A DNA stretch of 63,100 bases, filler included, from Catajapyx aquilonaris (lineage: Eukaryota), in assembly GCA_000934665.2 (NCBI GenBank). It is 3 parts of 3 records of this genome, joined end to end, with 100 filler letters (N's around TTAATTAATTAA, not from the genome) between each part and the next. Parts side by side here need not be neighbours in the genome. Positions count along the whole stretch, not along the records: positions 21,047 to 42,061 come from JYFJ02006158.1; positions 42,162 to 63,100 come from JYFJ02006159.1; 1 more part is not named here. One strand, written 5' to 3'. The notes beneath the pieces were generated by a model. That model did not search any database, was not told the origin of the DNA, and worked only from the letters and a program-made list of their open reading frames with translations. Shown here in pieces: positions 37,401 through 50,100 of this stretch. A program made the translations under genes and the position numbers. Within the stretch, counting starts at the first letter, position 1; each line of letters starts with the position of its first letter.

Positions 37401-40094
37401 GGTGATCTCCTGTCCGTATTTTATGTTGGACGACGTTGGTGTGACCCAAGCTCTCACCATCCTTAGCAAAAGAGGACCTGAATCAGGCGATGAGATTTCG
37501 CACCTGTGTCGCTTCATCCGTGGTGAGATCCTCGCCGACCTCCACGTCGATGCTCTCTTCTGACTGCTGGGCGTCTTGGCTTCCATTCCAGACAGGGAAT
37601 CTCCTGAGAACCCTTCCTCATCATCATCCAGCAGCCCGAAGATCTGGTTGTCTTCCCAGGCTTCCACTCTGCTCACTTCCGTACCTTTCCTAATGCGGAT
37701 GACCTTCTGTGACGTGTTGAAAACCCATACTGAAACACGACTTTCCTTTACTGGCACCACTTGCCTTGGGACCAACCATTCCTGTCCTGGCGCTAACGAG
37801 CACCACTTCTCCACCAGGACACAATCACATGACAGCCCCTCCATGGACACCAGCACTGCTCCGGCCGCTTGCGGAGCAACAGCAGCATCCTCTGCCACCA
37901 CCGCCTTACAAGGAACCTTAGGTGAGACGGTTTCCAACAGCTCCCCCGCTGCAGACTCACCACCACTCGTGCTGAAACTCACACGGCCGTCACCCAAACA
38001 CGTCAAAACAGCTTGCTTCCGCTGTAGCCAGTCCATCCCGAGAACGAAGGGAAAACGTAATCTCGGGATGACTGCCGCTGTTACATTTATGGGAATCCCC
38101 ACCTCCTGTAATTCACCATTGATCTCCACCTCGCCGATTGGGGTGACCTTACCTCCATCGGCAACCCCAAGCACGAGCCTCCTTTCCTGTCCGTCATCGT
38201 CAGCTCCAACTCTGCTGCGATTTCCTGGCTGATCACACACCTGGTAGCTCCGGTGTCGACCAAAGTTCGAATGCTTCTTTCCCACATTTTTAGAGTCATC
38301 GTGGGAAGATTGCCGGGGCCAAGCAGCTCCTTCCCCGGCTCCGATGGTCCCCAGAAAACTTACTATCTCCGGGGCGTTCCCTTCGCCCCGGCTGCCCTAT
38401 TTCCCGACGGCGTTCTGGTCGGTGATGGTGACCTCGAAATGGGAGGTGAACCACTCCTGTTCGGGAGGGTACGGTACATCTATTTGCGAAATGTCCGAAA
38501 CCTCACATCGGAAACAACGAGGACGAGAACGGCTCTCTTGATGGCCCTTGGTCTCGCCTTGCTGTCCCTCTCTCCCGCATTGGACATCTCCCTCAGACCG
38601 TCGTGGCTTTGTCCGGATACGCTGACCATCGTCTCCACCTGTCTTTTGGGCATTCCATTCTCTGCCGACGTGTGGAGGAGGAAGCTGAGCTGGGAGAGCC
38701 CGTAGAGTTTGGAAGAAATCTTCCAGGGAGGTCACCTGTATTTGGCACAGGTACATACGGTACTGGGGTGCAGCGTTCCCCTTCATCCATGAGATCTGGT
38801 CCTCATCAGACATGTGAGGGTCCACGCGGCGGCAGAGAGGTGTCATCTCAGTCGCATAGCGGATTAGATCTTCATTCGCCCCCTGCTGTCGTGTAATCAG
38901 CCTCATTCTCCAGTCTGCCCTCTGTCCACAGTGAAAAAGGAGAAACTGCCTCCTCCAATTTATTCTCCCAGTTGCCATATCTGTGGCCCATTCCAAGCTG
39001 CCAGTCCTGGGCTGCACCGCGCAGGTGAACCCTAACTAAGTGCCACAGTTGCGGAATCGCCCCTTCTTGTGCCGCTCGTTCTTCTATTGACGTGATCCAT
39101 TCCAGTGCATCTTCATCTGGCTTCCCGGAAAAGGTTTCACACTTGGGTAACTCCAATTTGCGGTAGCCTGGGAACAACCCCTCACCTCCTATTGTTGGGC
39201 TTTCTTGCCTTGTTGATCCGTGTCCACAGCCATTGCCTGGCAACGACACTTCGCCTCCAATTGTTGGCGTAGCCCGGCTTGTTCGATTCTGACTTGGGGG
39301 TGTCGCTAGCAAACCTATGCCACTTGCGTTTGGGGAAGCCACATTCCTTGCCATCAGGATCATCCCCTCTTCCAAGTTTCTCACCCGTGTCTGAAGCCCC
39401 TCACAGCGCTGACGATCTGCCTCCGCCATCATCCGCATCTGAGACATCTCTTCGTAGTGGCTCCGACGTTCTTCCTCTGCGGCCATCCGCATCTGCCACA
39501 ATTCCTCTCTTGCAGCTTTCCGGATCTCCTCTATAGTGACAAATGCCTCAACAGGAAGGAAGCCTCCTTGTACAGTCTACTGGGCCACAGCATTATGGAC
39601 TGGTATCGGGGGAACCTGTTCCGACTTGTCCAGCACCATCGTTGGCGGAATGAAGTCACCACTTTGACCCCCCTCACTCTCGCTCCACCTACTTGGTATT
39701 ATGGAGGCATCGTGTTCCAAGGTCCCCTGCTCATCAGTTGTCATTCCATTCATGTCTTCGTTCTTCTTGGTCGTCTGGACGTTCCCACTTTTTCCTACCC
39801 CAAGGATGAAACGTAGCTGGTCCAGGAAAGACATCTTCCTTTGCCCCTTTTCCTACTGTGTGGTTCCACAAAACCGCTTCTGACACCAATTGTAGTGGTT
39901 CACGTAAAGCCAGATTAACATACAAAGTCAGGAATGATAACTATGCAGGATATCTATTCAAGAACGTCTGCCCGGTCTGCCCAGAAGGCCGACAGAACTA
40001 ACAATGACCCTTTCAAATCAAACTCTCCTCTCCCTGACAACAACAACAAACTGGTGGCCTGGCAACATACAACACTCGTTGCCGGGCCACTACA
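34410..40094 (-). mobile_element. Full-length Ty3/Gypsy LTR retrotransposon
   Basis: 204-bp LTRs at 34410-34613 and 39891-40094 (TGTAGTGG...CCACTACA, 1 mismatch seen); ATAT TSD; PBS TGGTGTCAGAAG; PPT GGGGGGAAGGA. Confidence 0.96.
34625..39834 (-). pseudogene. gag-pol (PR, RT, RNase H, integrase) broken by several frameshifts/stops
   Basis: gag FSGKPDEDALEW; protease LVDTGA; RT MPFGL...YLDD; RNase H TDAS...YSTTEKE; integrase GIDYLGP, SDRG, NGVVER; GPY motif WTGPY. Confidence 0.92.
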
Positions 40095-40271
40095 ATATTC
40101 AAATATATTTTAAATTCAATATTCAAATATATTTCAAATTCAATATTCAAATATATTTCAAATTCAATATTCGAATATATTTCCAATTCAATATTCAAAT
40201 ATATTTCAAATTCAATATTCAAATATATTTCAAATTCAATATTCAAATATATTTCAAATTCAATATTCTAA

Positions 40272-42061
40272 TGTAGCGTCCTGGAAACAGGATCGTTGAT
40301 CGTTTCCTGGACGCTGAACTATATATGTTATTTTGGTGTCCAGGGGTTTGTTTGGAATAGAGAGTTCTGAGTGAGACGTCGTCCTGGTCGGACGTCTGTC
40401 GTGGCTGTGTCCCGAGTGTGGGTCCTGCCAGCTGTGTGTATATACGTTTGAGAGTGAGAATAGACGTGTGTTGGTTGGAGTTCTGTGGATTCCTTCGAGA
40501 TGAGCGTCCCGGGCGGCGGTGGTCGCTTCATTGGTGTCAGAAGTGGGATGGAAGGAAGTGGTGGAATCAGCCCTGAGGGCTGGATGGACCTTATTGAAAG
40601 ACGGATCAGGATGGCGGCTCATGGGGCAAGAACTCCGGAGTACTCCGTAAAAAGTAGGTGGCAGAGAAGCCATGGGGTCCATGATGGCGACTCCTCAGCG
40701 TTCTGTCCGAGCCGCGGCGAGAGGCTGCATGTAAGAATGCGGAGTGGGGAAGAGAAGTTGGAAGAATGCGGTGGAATCAGCCCTGAGAGCTGGATGGCCT
40801 TGATCAAAAGACGGATCATGCGGCAGTTCCAAACAAACAGGGTTGCGCCAACAATGGAAGGACAGGCAGTAGTGTTGCCACGCGATGGCCGTGGCCGAAG
40901 AGAAGACTTGGCATTACTCCAAACACTCCAGAAGGTGCCAATAATGAGAGGCCAGGTATGGTTGCCAGGCGATGATGGCAGGTGGAATCTGAAGAGAAGG
41001 AGTGCTGGAGGCATGTCTTAGGGTAGCAAGGACGAGCCCGGGTGCGATGAGTGGGAGCCGCACCTTGCAACGGAGCCGTCGAGGGCAGGTGCTCCTGGGA
41101 GGGTCTGCAGAGAGTCAGCAGGGGACCTGCAGATGCGGAATGGGAAGACAATTGTTCGGTACTGGGAAGAGGGTGCTGTGACAGACAGTCCAGTTGGTGG
41201 GCGAGAAGAGGTCCAGGTGCGAGGGGAGTGTACCGCACCTAGCTACTGTCCCACCAATGTGGGTGGCAGTGGCAAAGTAGACGATGGTCCGGACGAGTCT
41301 GGGTGTGAAGCAGACGATGGTCCGGACGAGTCTGGCCGAGAAGAGGACGATGGTCCGGACGAGTCTGGTGGAGAAGAAGACGATGGTCCGGACGAGTCTG
41401 GGTGTGAAGCAGACGATGGTCCGGACAAGTCTGGCGGAGAAGAAGACGATGGTCCTGACGAGTCTGGGTATGAAGCAGACGATGGTCTGGATGCAGTTCC
41501 TGACGAGTCTGTCGGTGAAGCAGACGATGGTCTGGATGCAGTTCCTGACGAGTCTGTCGGTGAAGCAGACGATGGTCTGGACGTAGTTCCTGATGAGTCT
41601 GGCGGTGAAGCAGACGGTGACTTGGAATCTGGCAGAGAAGTAGACGATAGTCCTGATGAGTCTGGCAGTGGAGCAGACGATGATCTGGATGAGTCTGGCA
41701 GTGAACCAGGCGATGGTCTGGACGAGTGTGACTATGAAACTGACGCTGGTCTCAACGAGTCTGGAAGTGAAGCAGACGTAGGTCTGTACGAGTCTGCTGG
41801 GAAAAGATTCTCCAGCTGGATGAACTGGAGAAAAGGGAAAAAAAGAAGTTCGCGCTGGAAGCTGGAAGCCCTGAGTGGAACGAGATGCTGCTCGTCGTGT
41901 AGGGGGGAAGAGTGTAGCGTCCTGGAAACAGGATCGTTGATCGTTTCCTGGACGCTGAACTATTTATGTTATTTTGGTGTCCAGGGGTTTGTTTGGAATA
42001 GAGAGTTCTGAGTGAGACGTCGTCCTGGTCGGACGTCTGTCGTGGCTGTGTCCCGAGTGTG
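40272..42061 (+). mobile_element. Non-autonomous LTR element (TRIM/LARD-like); 3' LTR cut by the assembly gap
   Basis: 5' LTR 40272-40530 (TGT...TCA); PBS TGGTGTCAGAAGTGGG; PPT AGGGGGGAAGAG; 3' LTR from 41913; ~1.4-kb interior with no pol. Confidence 0.88.
41133..42011 (+). CDS. Possible acidic repeat ORF, (EADDGPDESG)n, from a 30/39-bp tandem repeat
   Basis: 292-aa open frame inside the LTR element that runs into the 3' LTR; coding status unproven. Confidence 0.35.
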   Translation: MRNGKTIVRYWEEGAVTDSPVGGREEVQVRGECTAPSYCPTNVGGSGKVDDGPDESGCEADDGPDESGREEDDGPDESGGEEDDGPDESGCEADDGPDKSGGEEDDGPDESGYEADDGLDAVPDESVGEADDGLDAVPDESVGEADDGLDVVPDESGGEADGDLESGREVDDSPDESGSGADDDLDESGSEPGDGLDECDYETDAGLNESGSEADVGLYESAGKRFSSWMNWRKGKKRSSRWKLEALSGTRCCSSCRGEECSVLETGSLIVSWTLNYLCYFGVQGFVWNREF

Positions 42062-42161
42062 NNNNNNNNNNNNNNNNNNNNNNNNNNNNNNNNNNNNNNN
42101 NNNNNTTAATTAATTAANNNNNNNNNNNNNNNNNNNNNNNNNNNNNNNNNNNNNNNNNNNN

Positions 42162-42560
42162 TTCGAAACAGTTCACGGCCGTGCCGTCAGGTAGTCGTCC
42201 GCCGCCTATATGTTGTATTATGAACTACTTATAACATGCTCTCCATACCTGGCGACGGTAATAAAATTTGTCACCTATCTCTCATTTCAACCTGAATACA
42301 AATCAAAAATAATCGTTTGGACTGATGGTCCATCTAGTGAAATTAAGAAAAAGTACATAGCTCACTTCCTGCATGAACAAAATTAATATTTTCAACAAAA
42401 TCTATTGGAAGTACGCTATCACACATGCATCTCCTGGAAAATGTGTGATAGATTGGTATGGTGGTTCAGGAAAGCACAGTAGTTAGAATGCATGCGAATG
42501 TGATGAGGCAGCGAAAAGTACTGAGGGTCGGTCATAAAGTTTTAATTTTCACCATATGTT
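42162..42560 (+). pseudogene. DDE transposase relic (possibly Sola-like)
   Basis: WTDGPSSEIKKKY then WKYAITHASPGKCVIDWYGGSGK, resembling a W.DG..S.FKN / WKYF.TSHGKG..DG.GG..K motif; contains stops. Confidence 0.55.
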
Positions 42561-42637
42561 GAGAATGCTAAGCAATACCAACTGGACATAACTCATATTA
42601 TTTTATATTATAGGGTAGTGCAAATATTGCCAACACT

Positions 42638-42796
42638 GGTGCGTTTACATGTGAGCGATTTGATCGCGCGATGAAGCCAATAATTGTTTGGGGCGAAGGT
42701 AACAATCATGGTAACAATCGATTTTCGCCCCAAACAATTGGATTCATCGCTCGACGATGACATCGCGCGATCAAATCTCTCACATGTAAACGCACC
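42638..42796. mobile_element. Palindromic MITE (same family as 51785-51955)
   Basis: GGTGCGTTTACATGTGAG...CTCACATGTAAACGCACC. Confidence 0.75.
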
Positions 42797-44140
42797 TTTA
42801 TAATTTGAGGCAGACTGGTCATCGTATTTTAGTCAATCTGTTGATGCACACAAGTATAGGACTATTTAGATATTAGGCCGGTAGAATCTTATGCTCTTTA
42901 AAAGTACGGTATTGTAATTAACTTTAAATGTATATGCAAACTTTCAAGTACCTTACTCATGCGGAGAATATACATCGTGAGCACCTTTTGCGCCCAGACT
43001 TGATATGGTTTTGTTGTTTCAAACTGTTAACATTATACTCAACCTTTCCGGTTGCACTGTAGAAAAATGTGCACACTATTGTGTTTTTGTAGCACAAACA
43101 AGCTCGCTTGAAAAAATGGCACACCTTCGCAAGAGTATGTTAGGTTCTATTGTACAATTATTCGTGTATCCTAAAAGCAGTGAACTTGCATGGTGGCGTA
43201 TAGGCAGCACCGGAACTGCATTCATGTTAACGTAAATAATCACAACTTCCATAAAGGAGCATGGTCACATGGAGACATGTTTGACCCAAATTATCGTTCC
43301 ATTTATTTGATAACTTACATGTGCTTCCCTTTGTACCCGCCCTTTCATTTCTACCTTGAAGTCCCAATACCGACAAGTCTCCGTGAGTGACTATGGCCCT
43401 ATGAAGCTTACAGTGAAAATCAAAGAAGGGCCATTTTACAGCCAGACAATAGGAAGGCCCTGTAGCCCGACCACCACGCTGTGCTGTCCAAAAACAACAA
43501 CAACCAAATTCTGGGTCCAGCAAGATCCCGTGGTCTAAGTTAAGCATAGGCTGCTGCAGAGTAAAACGGCCATAGAGGACAAAGCAAAAGACTGGTTCTT
43601 GTCTGTTGCCTCTCGCGGCATTCAGCAGACCTTCATTCCATGAGAGCCACCGGCTAACAATGGTCGCCATGCACTGCTGATCGCTTCACAGTACATTTCC
43701 TGTGGACTTGCATGAAGCATACATTAACATTTGAGCTTCATGGGCATTGACTGCACCCTTTTCCTGCCCTCCCAAAAATGTATTTTTTGTGCACCGTTTT
43801 TTGGGAGCCGGACGGGGAATGGGGAAAAGCTTTTTTTCCTCGCCACAGACTAGCTCCGAAAATCGACTCGTGTTTTTTAATGCGGCGTAATGTCGCTTTT
43901 TTGTGATGCTGTTAGGGAAGAACGTGGTTCGTGTCATGGATGGAGTGTATAAAGGACATCTTTCGTAAGAGTGCAGTCGCCTGACACATATACAGAAATA
44001 GCCGTAAAATGTACTGCGCAACTGTCCGTTTCTTCTAAATTGGACAACACTATGGTTGTGGTACACGAGATGCTTGACTGAAATTGCTGTTCACCACGAG
44101 GTCTAACTTTCAGGAGAAAATTTTCTTCCTTTTTTGGCAG

Positions 44141-47100
44141 AGAACCCGCTGCATTGCGGGTGCGAGACCAGAGAGCTCTGGGAGTGGTTACACGACCATC
44201 GCAAATTGGAGTCCTCCAGCATGTCCTGGGAGGCTGGAAGAAGTGAAGGGGAAGGTTACCGAGGCAGCCAAGATGGAGGTGGCAGCAAAAGAGGCCCAAC
44301 CGAAGGAGGAGGAGGGGGTCTCCGATGCGAGCATCCTCCTGAGCTAAGAGGCGAAGCCTTGTTAGAGCTGGAGTTGGCACGATTCTGCTCCTCTCCTTTC
44401 ATTGTCAAGCTGGCCATCCAGGATGTCCGAGCCTCCTCTGTTGTCGTCTCGTGGCAGGTGAGTCAGTATATACTTTCAGAAGTTTGCAAAGAACCTCTCA
44501 CCTTTTCCTATCCGTTTTGTAAGAACAAAATATTTTGATTCTGCTTCATGCTTACACACACTAATTAGCATGTGATATTAAAGGGTGGATTGAGGCAGCC
44601 CCCCGCAACTCCCTATTATTTTAGCCTTATGTAGCGATTCTCCTATCGACGGATGTGGCGCACTGCACCAAATCGCATTCGGGCGGACGACTACTGAACC
44701 GTTCTGAACCAACCTAAATTGTCAACTCCCATTCAGCCCCCATTTGCAGATCTGCGCATCAGCCAGCGATTTGGAACGTTCCAAATCGCATTCGGGTGGC
44801 TGATGGTTGGATCTGTGGACGACAGCTGAATGCGAATTGACCGTTTAGGTAGTTTCAGAACGGTTCAGAAGTCGTCTGCCCGAATGCGATTTGGTACAGT
44901 GCGCCACAAACGAGGATAGGGGAACTCATTAAGGGGGCAGATACCTACCGGTACGCGATTTTTCCGACTGGGGGCCAAATTTGGCCGAGTCACGGGTGCA
45001 GCGTTCTCTTTGCACCTCGCTGGAGGTATGGACATGAAAAAAATTCCACATCACGGCGCGGAAGGTCCAATTGAGCCCCCGACCAAGTTTCGTTCAATTC
45101 AGATGATAATTGAGACGTCTACGAGGGCAGGGGTATTTGAGAAACGGTTCACTGCAGCTTGGCTCCGGATTCGAATTTAGAAGATATCTTGACAAGATTC
45201 GGTGGCAAAAGTATTCCTCTCTTACTCCTCCAAAGCGCGATTAATTTGGGCTATTGGTGTTTGCGCAGCTATTAAAACCGTGACACCACCTCACCTCGTA
45301 AAATCGGCGGGGAACTTTCGAACGTAGAACAGTTGGTTCCCTGTCCAGGTTGCCAGGGAACCGGTTTGAGACTGTTCTTGAAATAATTGTAAAAAGCGCG
45401 TGGGTGACAGGGAACCAACTGTTCTACGTTCGAAGTTATTCTCCCGCCGATTTTAAGGGGTGAGGTGGTGTCACGGTTTTAATACCTGTGCAAACACCAA
45501 TATCCCAAATTAATCGCGCTTTGGAGGAGTAAGAGAGAAATACTTTTTCCGTCGAATCTTGTCGAGATATCTTCCAAATTCGAATCCGGAGCCAAGCTGC
45601 CGTGAGCAGTTTTTCAAAAACTTCTCCCCTTGTAGATCGCGCAATTATTATCCGAATTGATCGAAACTTAGTCGGGGGCTCAATTGGACTTCCTCGCCTT
45701 TCCATAAAAATTTCAGGTCCGTACCTCCAGGGAGACGCCCGTACCGGTGCGGTGGTGCAAAGAGAACGCTGCACCGGCCCTCGAGTCGGGAAAATCGCAT
45801 AGGTATCCTCACGCAAAAGGAGATGGAGATTGAGTGTAAAATGTCACGTGATTTGTTAGAATGAATAATTGAGATGTAATACTGCCCGTGATAAATGTAC
45901 GTCATATAGCCTCTCAGTAGAATAATATGATTTAAAATTGAATACATTCTTTGTAAATAGGTCCAAAATAATCTTACATTTTTGAGGAACTCGGGTGTTA
46001 CCTGAAGCAAAAATGTTGCTTGAGGAACAAATGAAAAATTTCATGAGAAGCGAAATAAAATCTAGCTTTCTGCGATAAATAAGTCTTGGTGCGCCAAGCA
46101 AAAGTTTTATGAAGGTAAGAAACACGGGCTTTGTTCTCGCTATAAAGAGTACTTCCAGAGTTTTTAGTAGTCACCGGGGCCAACCTTTTTAGGCATATAT
46201 TCACAAACGAACCATCACCTTAAACATGCAGTAATTTTGTAAACAGCAACAAATCTTTTTCTGGGTCACATAGCCCCGTTTTGCAGCCTGGATGCATCTT
46301 CACGCCTGAACACGAAATTTTAATTAATAGCATGACATGGCTCATTGACGCAGTGGTTGCCTCATTATTGAGGAGCGAGTGCCAGGAGCGGTCATTGGGC
46401 CGTGTACATAAGCGGGCCGCTTTACTATTTCCAAACTGACAGTGATTAATGAGTGATGAAGGATGTAATTGGGGAACTGTAACTTGGGAGGTAACTAGAC
46501 ACCTCTTTTGCAACATGATCAGATCAGCTTGTCTTAGCGGCTGCTGTTAGGAGTTGCAATTGGCTGATTGGCTCATATAACCAAGAAAGTGTCGGACTTA
46601 GCAACAAGGTGACTGACAGTGTGAGAATTCTGCCTAGAACACACTGTGGCTTATGTCGTGATTTGGTAGGCTGGCCTATACGCTTTAAACGAGCGACAAC
46701 CATGGAAACCCAGGCTTGTTTCGCGCAATTGTGGATGCCTCAGGTACGTCTTTCTCGGTTCTGCTTGCTAGAGAGGTCCGGAAGGAGCTCGACAAGACCG
46801 CATCGATCCACGTACAAAAGATGTGCCCTGAAGTCGGCCGGCATTTTGAACATGAACAGCACTGTTGACGTACCCAACAGAAACATACCAGAGCTGTGCA
46901 TAGATGTTGCAATATTTCACTCTTCTGGCTATAGTCCAGCAGGTTTTTAATTTGAGAGAGATTAAACTTATAAATTAAATATGGCAAATCGATTGGCATT
47001 GCGCCTTCTATCATTTTAGTCCTACATAAATCCCGTCATTAGCGTATCGATCCAACCAGATAATGGCCAATTTTTTTGCAGCAAAACTAGACGTAATTAT

Positions 47101-50100
47101 GATGAAAGGAAGCATTTGTGCAGGTATATACAGTACTTTGGATGAGATTTTTTGGGGGGCTCTCTTGCAAATGATATTTTCGGCTAGATACTTTGCTTGA
47201 AGCTATCAGCGACGCAATGGAGCACAATGCGTACAGTTCTAAGGAAAGAATCGGCAGTAGCACTCGGGAAGATTGGACTAGTAGAAGGCCACATTTATCC
47301 AGAGGGAACTGAAATTGCCCAATCAAGCAACGAACTCCGCGGGACTAGATTGCGTTCAGAATAATTACTAAAATGTAGCGCACAGTGTGTGCTTCTGTCA
47401 CGTGGTCCACTATGCCTTTGCGCTGCTTTCGCACATCGAATTAAGGAATGCCATTTCGAATTGGGATAATCACATCCAATGCAATTCGGCCAAGTGGATT
47501 ATTGTCTGAACGACATTTGCTCAGGGCACTTCCACAAATAAGTGTGCAGTGATGCGTATAAAATAAATAAGTCTGAAGTGACTTGATATCTCCTTACCAC
47601 ACAATAAAATATTCATCGCACTGATTAGACGAACAGGCATACAGGATTTGGATAGAGTTGACCTTACTGGCGTGCGGGAGGCGGGAGGGTAGTAGTCGGT
47701 GGGGGCAACGGGCTGTGTCGCAAAGGCAAGGATAAAGGATAGGCGTGTATCCGCTGAAGATAGGTCTGTATGGCTGACGATAGGTCTGTATCCACAAGGA
47801 AGGAAGGTTAGGCTTGGTTAGGTTAGGTTGGTACAGCATACCCATTCCAAAATCCAAAAAAATCAATCTTTGCATCCTTGCCTTTGCGACACAGCCAATC
47901 TGCCCCCAGCCACCACTCACCCTGCCGCCTCCCGAACGCCAAGGGTTACTCTTTCCTTTTGAGCGATATAAGTACATCATTCTTACCATTAGATCTAACA
48001 TGTACAGTATAAAATGGCAAAATGTTCAATAATCTTTCATGTTAGTACCAGGTATACTGTACAATTATAGGGAAGAGTGGAGTTTGCCCTGGGATTTAAG
48101 TCCCAGTCTTCCACTTGTGGGGTTGGACAGATTATCCATATGAGAATAGATGCAATTGCTTCTCCCGTTTCCGCTCAAATACCAGATTCTAACAACAATG
48201 AGGCGATTAGAATTACAGGTCTCGCAGGCTTTCCAAAGCACGTAATCCGATTACTAGAAAGATCTGTAATCTTATAACATTGGGTGTAAGGTCTGCAACA
48301 TACTTTATCCATGTCATGTATACGTATAGTAGAAATCTTAAAGAGGCGGTTAAACCGCCAATATTGTGGCGACATTTCCAATGATAGGCAAAGGTCAAGT
48401 GATAGTCGGCATTAAAAGTTAAAACACAACTGATGCAATATGGACAGCAGCCCTCCCTCACCCTTCGTCCCCTGGGCCAACAGCCTCAGTCAATCCGAAT
48501 TTGCATCGCAATTTATTGTTGCAGTTTAACATAAAAATGCTAGTATCCGAAAGGAAAGTCCTTTGTCCGTAACGACTCCCCAGTGCTCCACTAAAGTGCG
48601 CCGAGAGGGATCGGGGCGTAAAACATAACGTTTCAGCATTATAGCCGTTCTATGGCGGAATCGAATCCAAGACAAGATTCCCCACCCCTCCCCAACCTAT
48701 AGGTTCTGTAATCCTTTGAGTTTGGGACAATGCCGCAGTACATCGCAGCTCAACTTTGATCGCTTTCAATCTGGGATGCATGCCGTCGACAATAAAATGG
48801 TTCGTAAAAATTACAAAAAGAATCCCTCCCTGGAGACAGTATGAGTCCTAGTCGTCGACAAATATGACTGAACTGTCACATGACTTTTCTGTTGCACTGG
48901 TAATTTCCTAGAATTGGTGCCAAGGATGTGCGTGAAACGGATCCAGAGATGAAGCCACGATAATGGCCGAGAGTGTCATAAGCCATCAATGCGACACCGG
49001 AAGGATACATCTCTAATGACTATGGTAGCGAGAGGATAGGCAGTGCTTGGTGCCAAGTTGAACACAAGTCAGAGCCTGGAGAAGAGCCAAATACCTCAGC
49101 TCATTCGCCGTTGTCTAATTATTGGATATTAGTTCCGCCGCGGCAGCACTCTTGACTTGCAAATGCGGCTTTGAGCGCTACAACAGCGAGTGCAAAACGT
49201 TCTCTCGCGCAAGAAACGACCCTTTCTGGGACAGGCCAGATTACACAGCGTATTCCCCGCAATCACTTTTAAAGCTCGAATCAAAAGCTATGCTACTACA
49301 TAGTATGCAAGGGCCTGCTTGAATGCACTCCATATTCGTGATAAGGCTAGCACCTACAGTGCTGAGAATTTCTAAATCCAAGCACAGCCGGCCAATAATT
49401 GAGGGATGTGTCCCAGCTACCCGACGGCTGCAAATCCTCCATTAATCTCTACCGGGGACGGAAAAGAAGAGGATTCAGGAAGAGACGGAGTCATTCTGAA
49501 TGCGTCCAGGGCTCTCCTTTGGAAATCCCACAACAGCCTAGATTCGGAAGTCGCCATTTACAACATGCAGCCTACAGTATAGGCAACCAGTCCCAATTTT
49601 CTGGAAACCCCGACACTGCTGGGTTATCGTTCAGTTCAACAAACATGAGGTTGACCCACCGAGAATTGTCAGAAATCGCTAACCTGACTCCATAGGCCCA
49701 AGAGTGGATCAACCCATGGAAGGTTTGGATTGTTACACAGGATAAAATTGTATAAAACATGTATGAGCTGAGAATTGGGTGACCGCTTTCAACAGTATTG
49801 ACGTTTGAGAAGTGGTGGATAGGTTGAGGAATCGACTATGCAAGGCTCTCAGGAGCTTCTCTTGATCCCCTTGTTTGGGTCAACTGCCGGAGACTCCGAC
49901 AACTTACTTCCTTCCAAACAGCCAGTGGCGACGGCGGAAAAAGTAAAAGAAGAAGAAAAGAAAAGGGAGCAGAAACACCCCCTGCTTCTCCCCTCTAGGG
50001 AATCTTTTCCATAAGGATCGAGAAGGAAACTTTGCTTTCTACGCTGGGTGGGAGGGAGAAAAAAAGTGTCCCGCTTCCAGTGGCTTTTATAGAGACCTCA

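Larger units (their letters stand above)
34301..40268. repeat. 24-bp minisatellite AATTCAATATTCAAATATATTTCA split by the Gypsy element (34301-34409; 40095-40268)
   Basis: Tandem units visible on both flanks, in register across the insertion. Confidence 0.9.
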
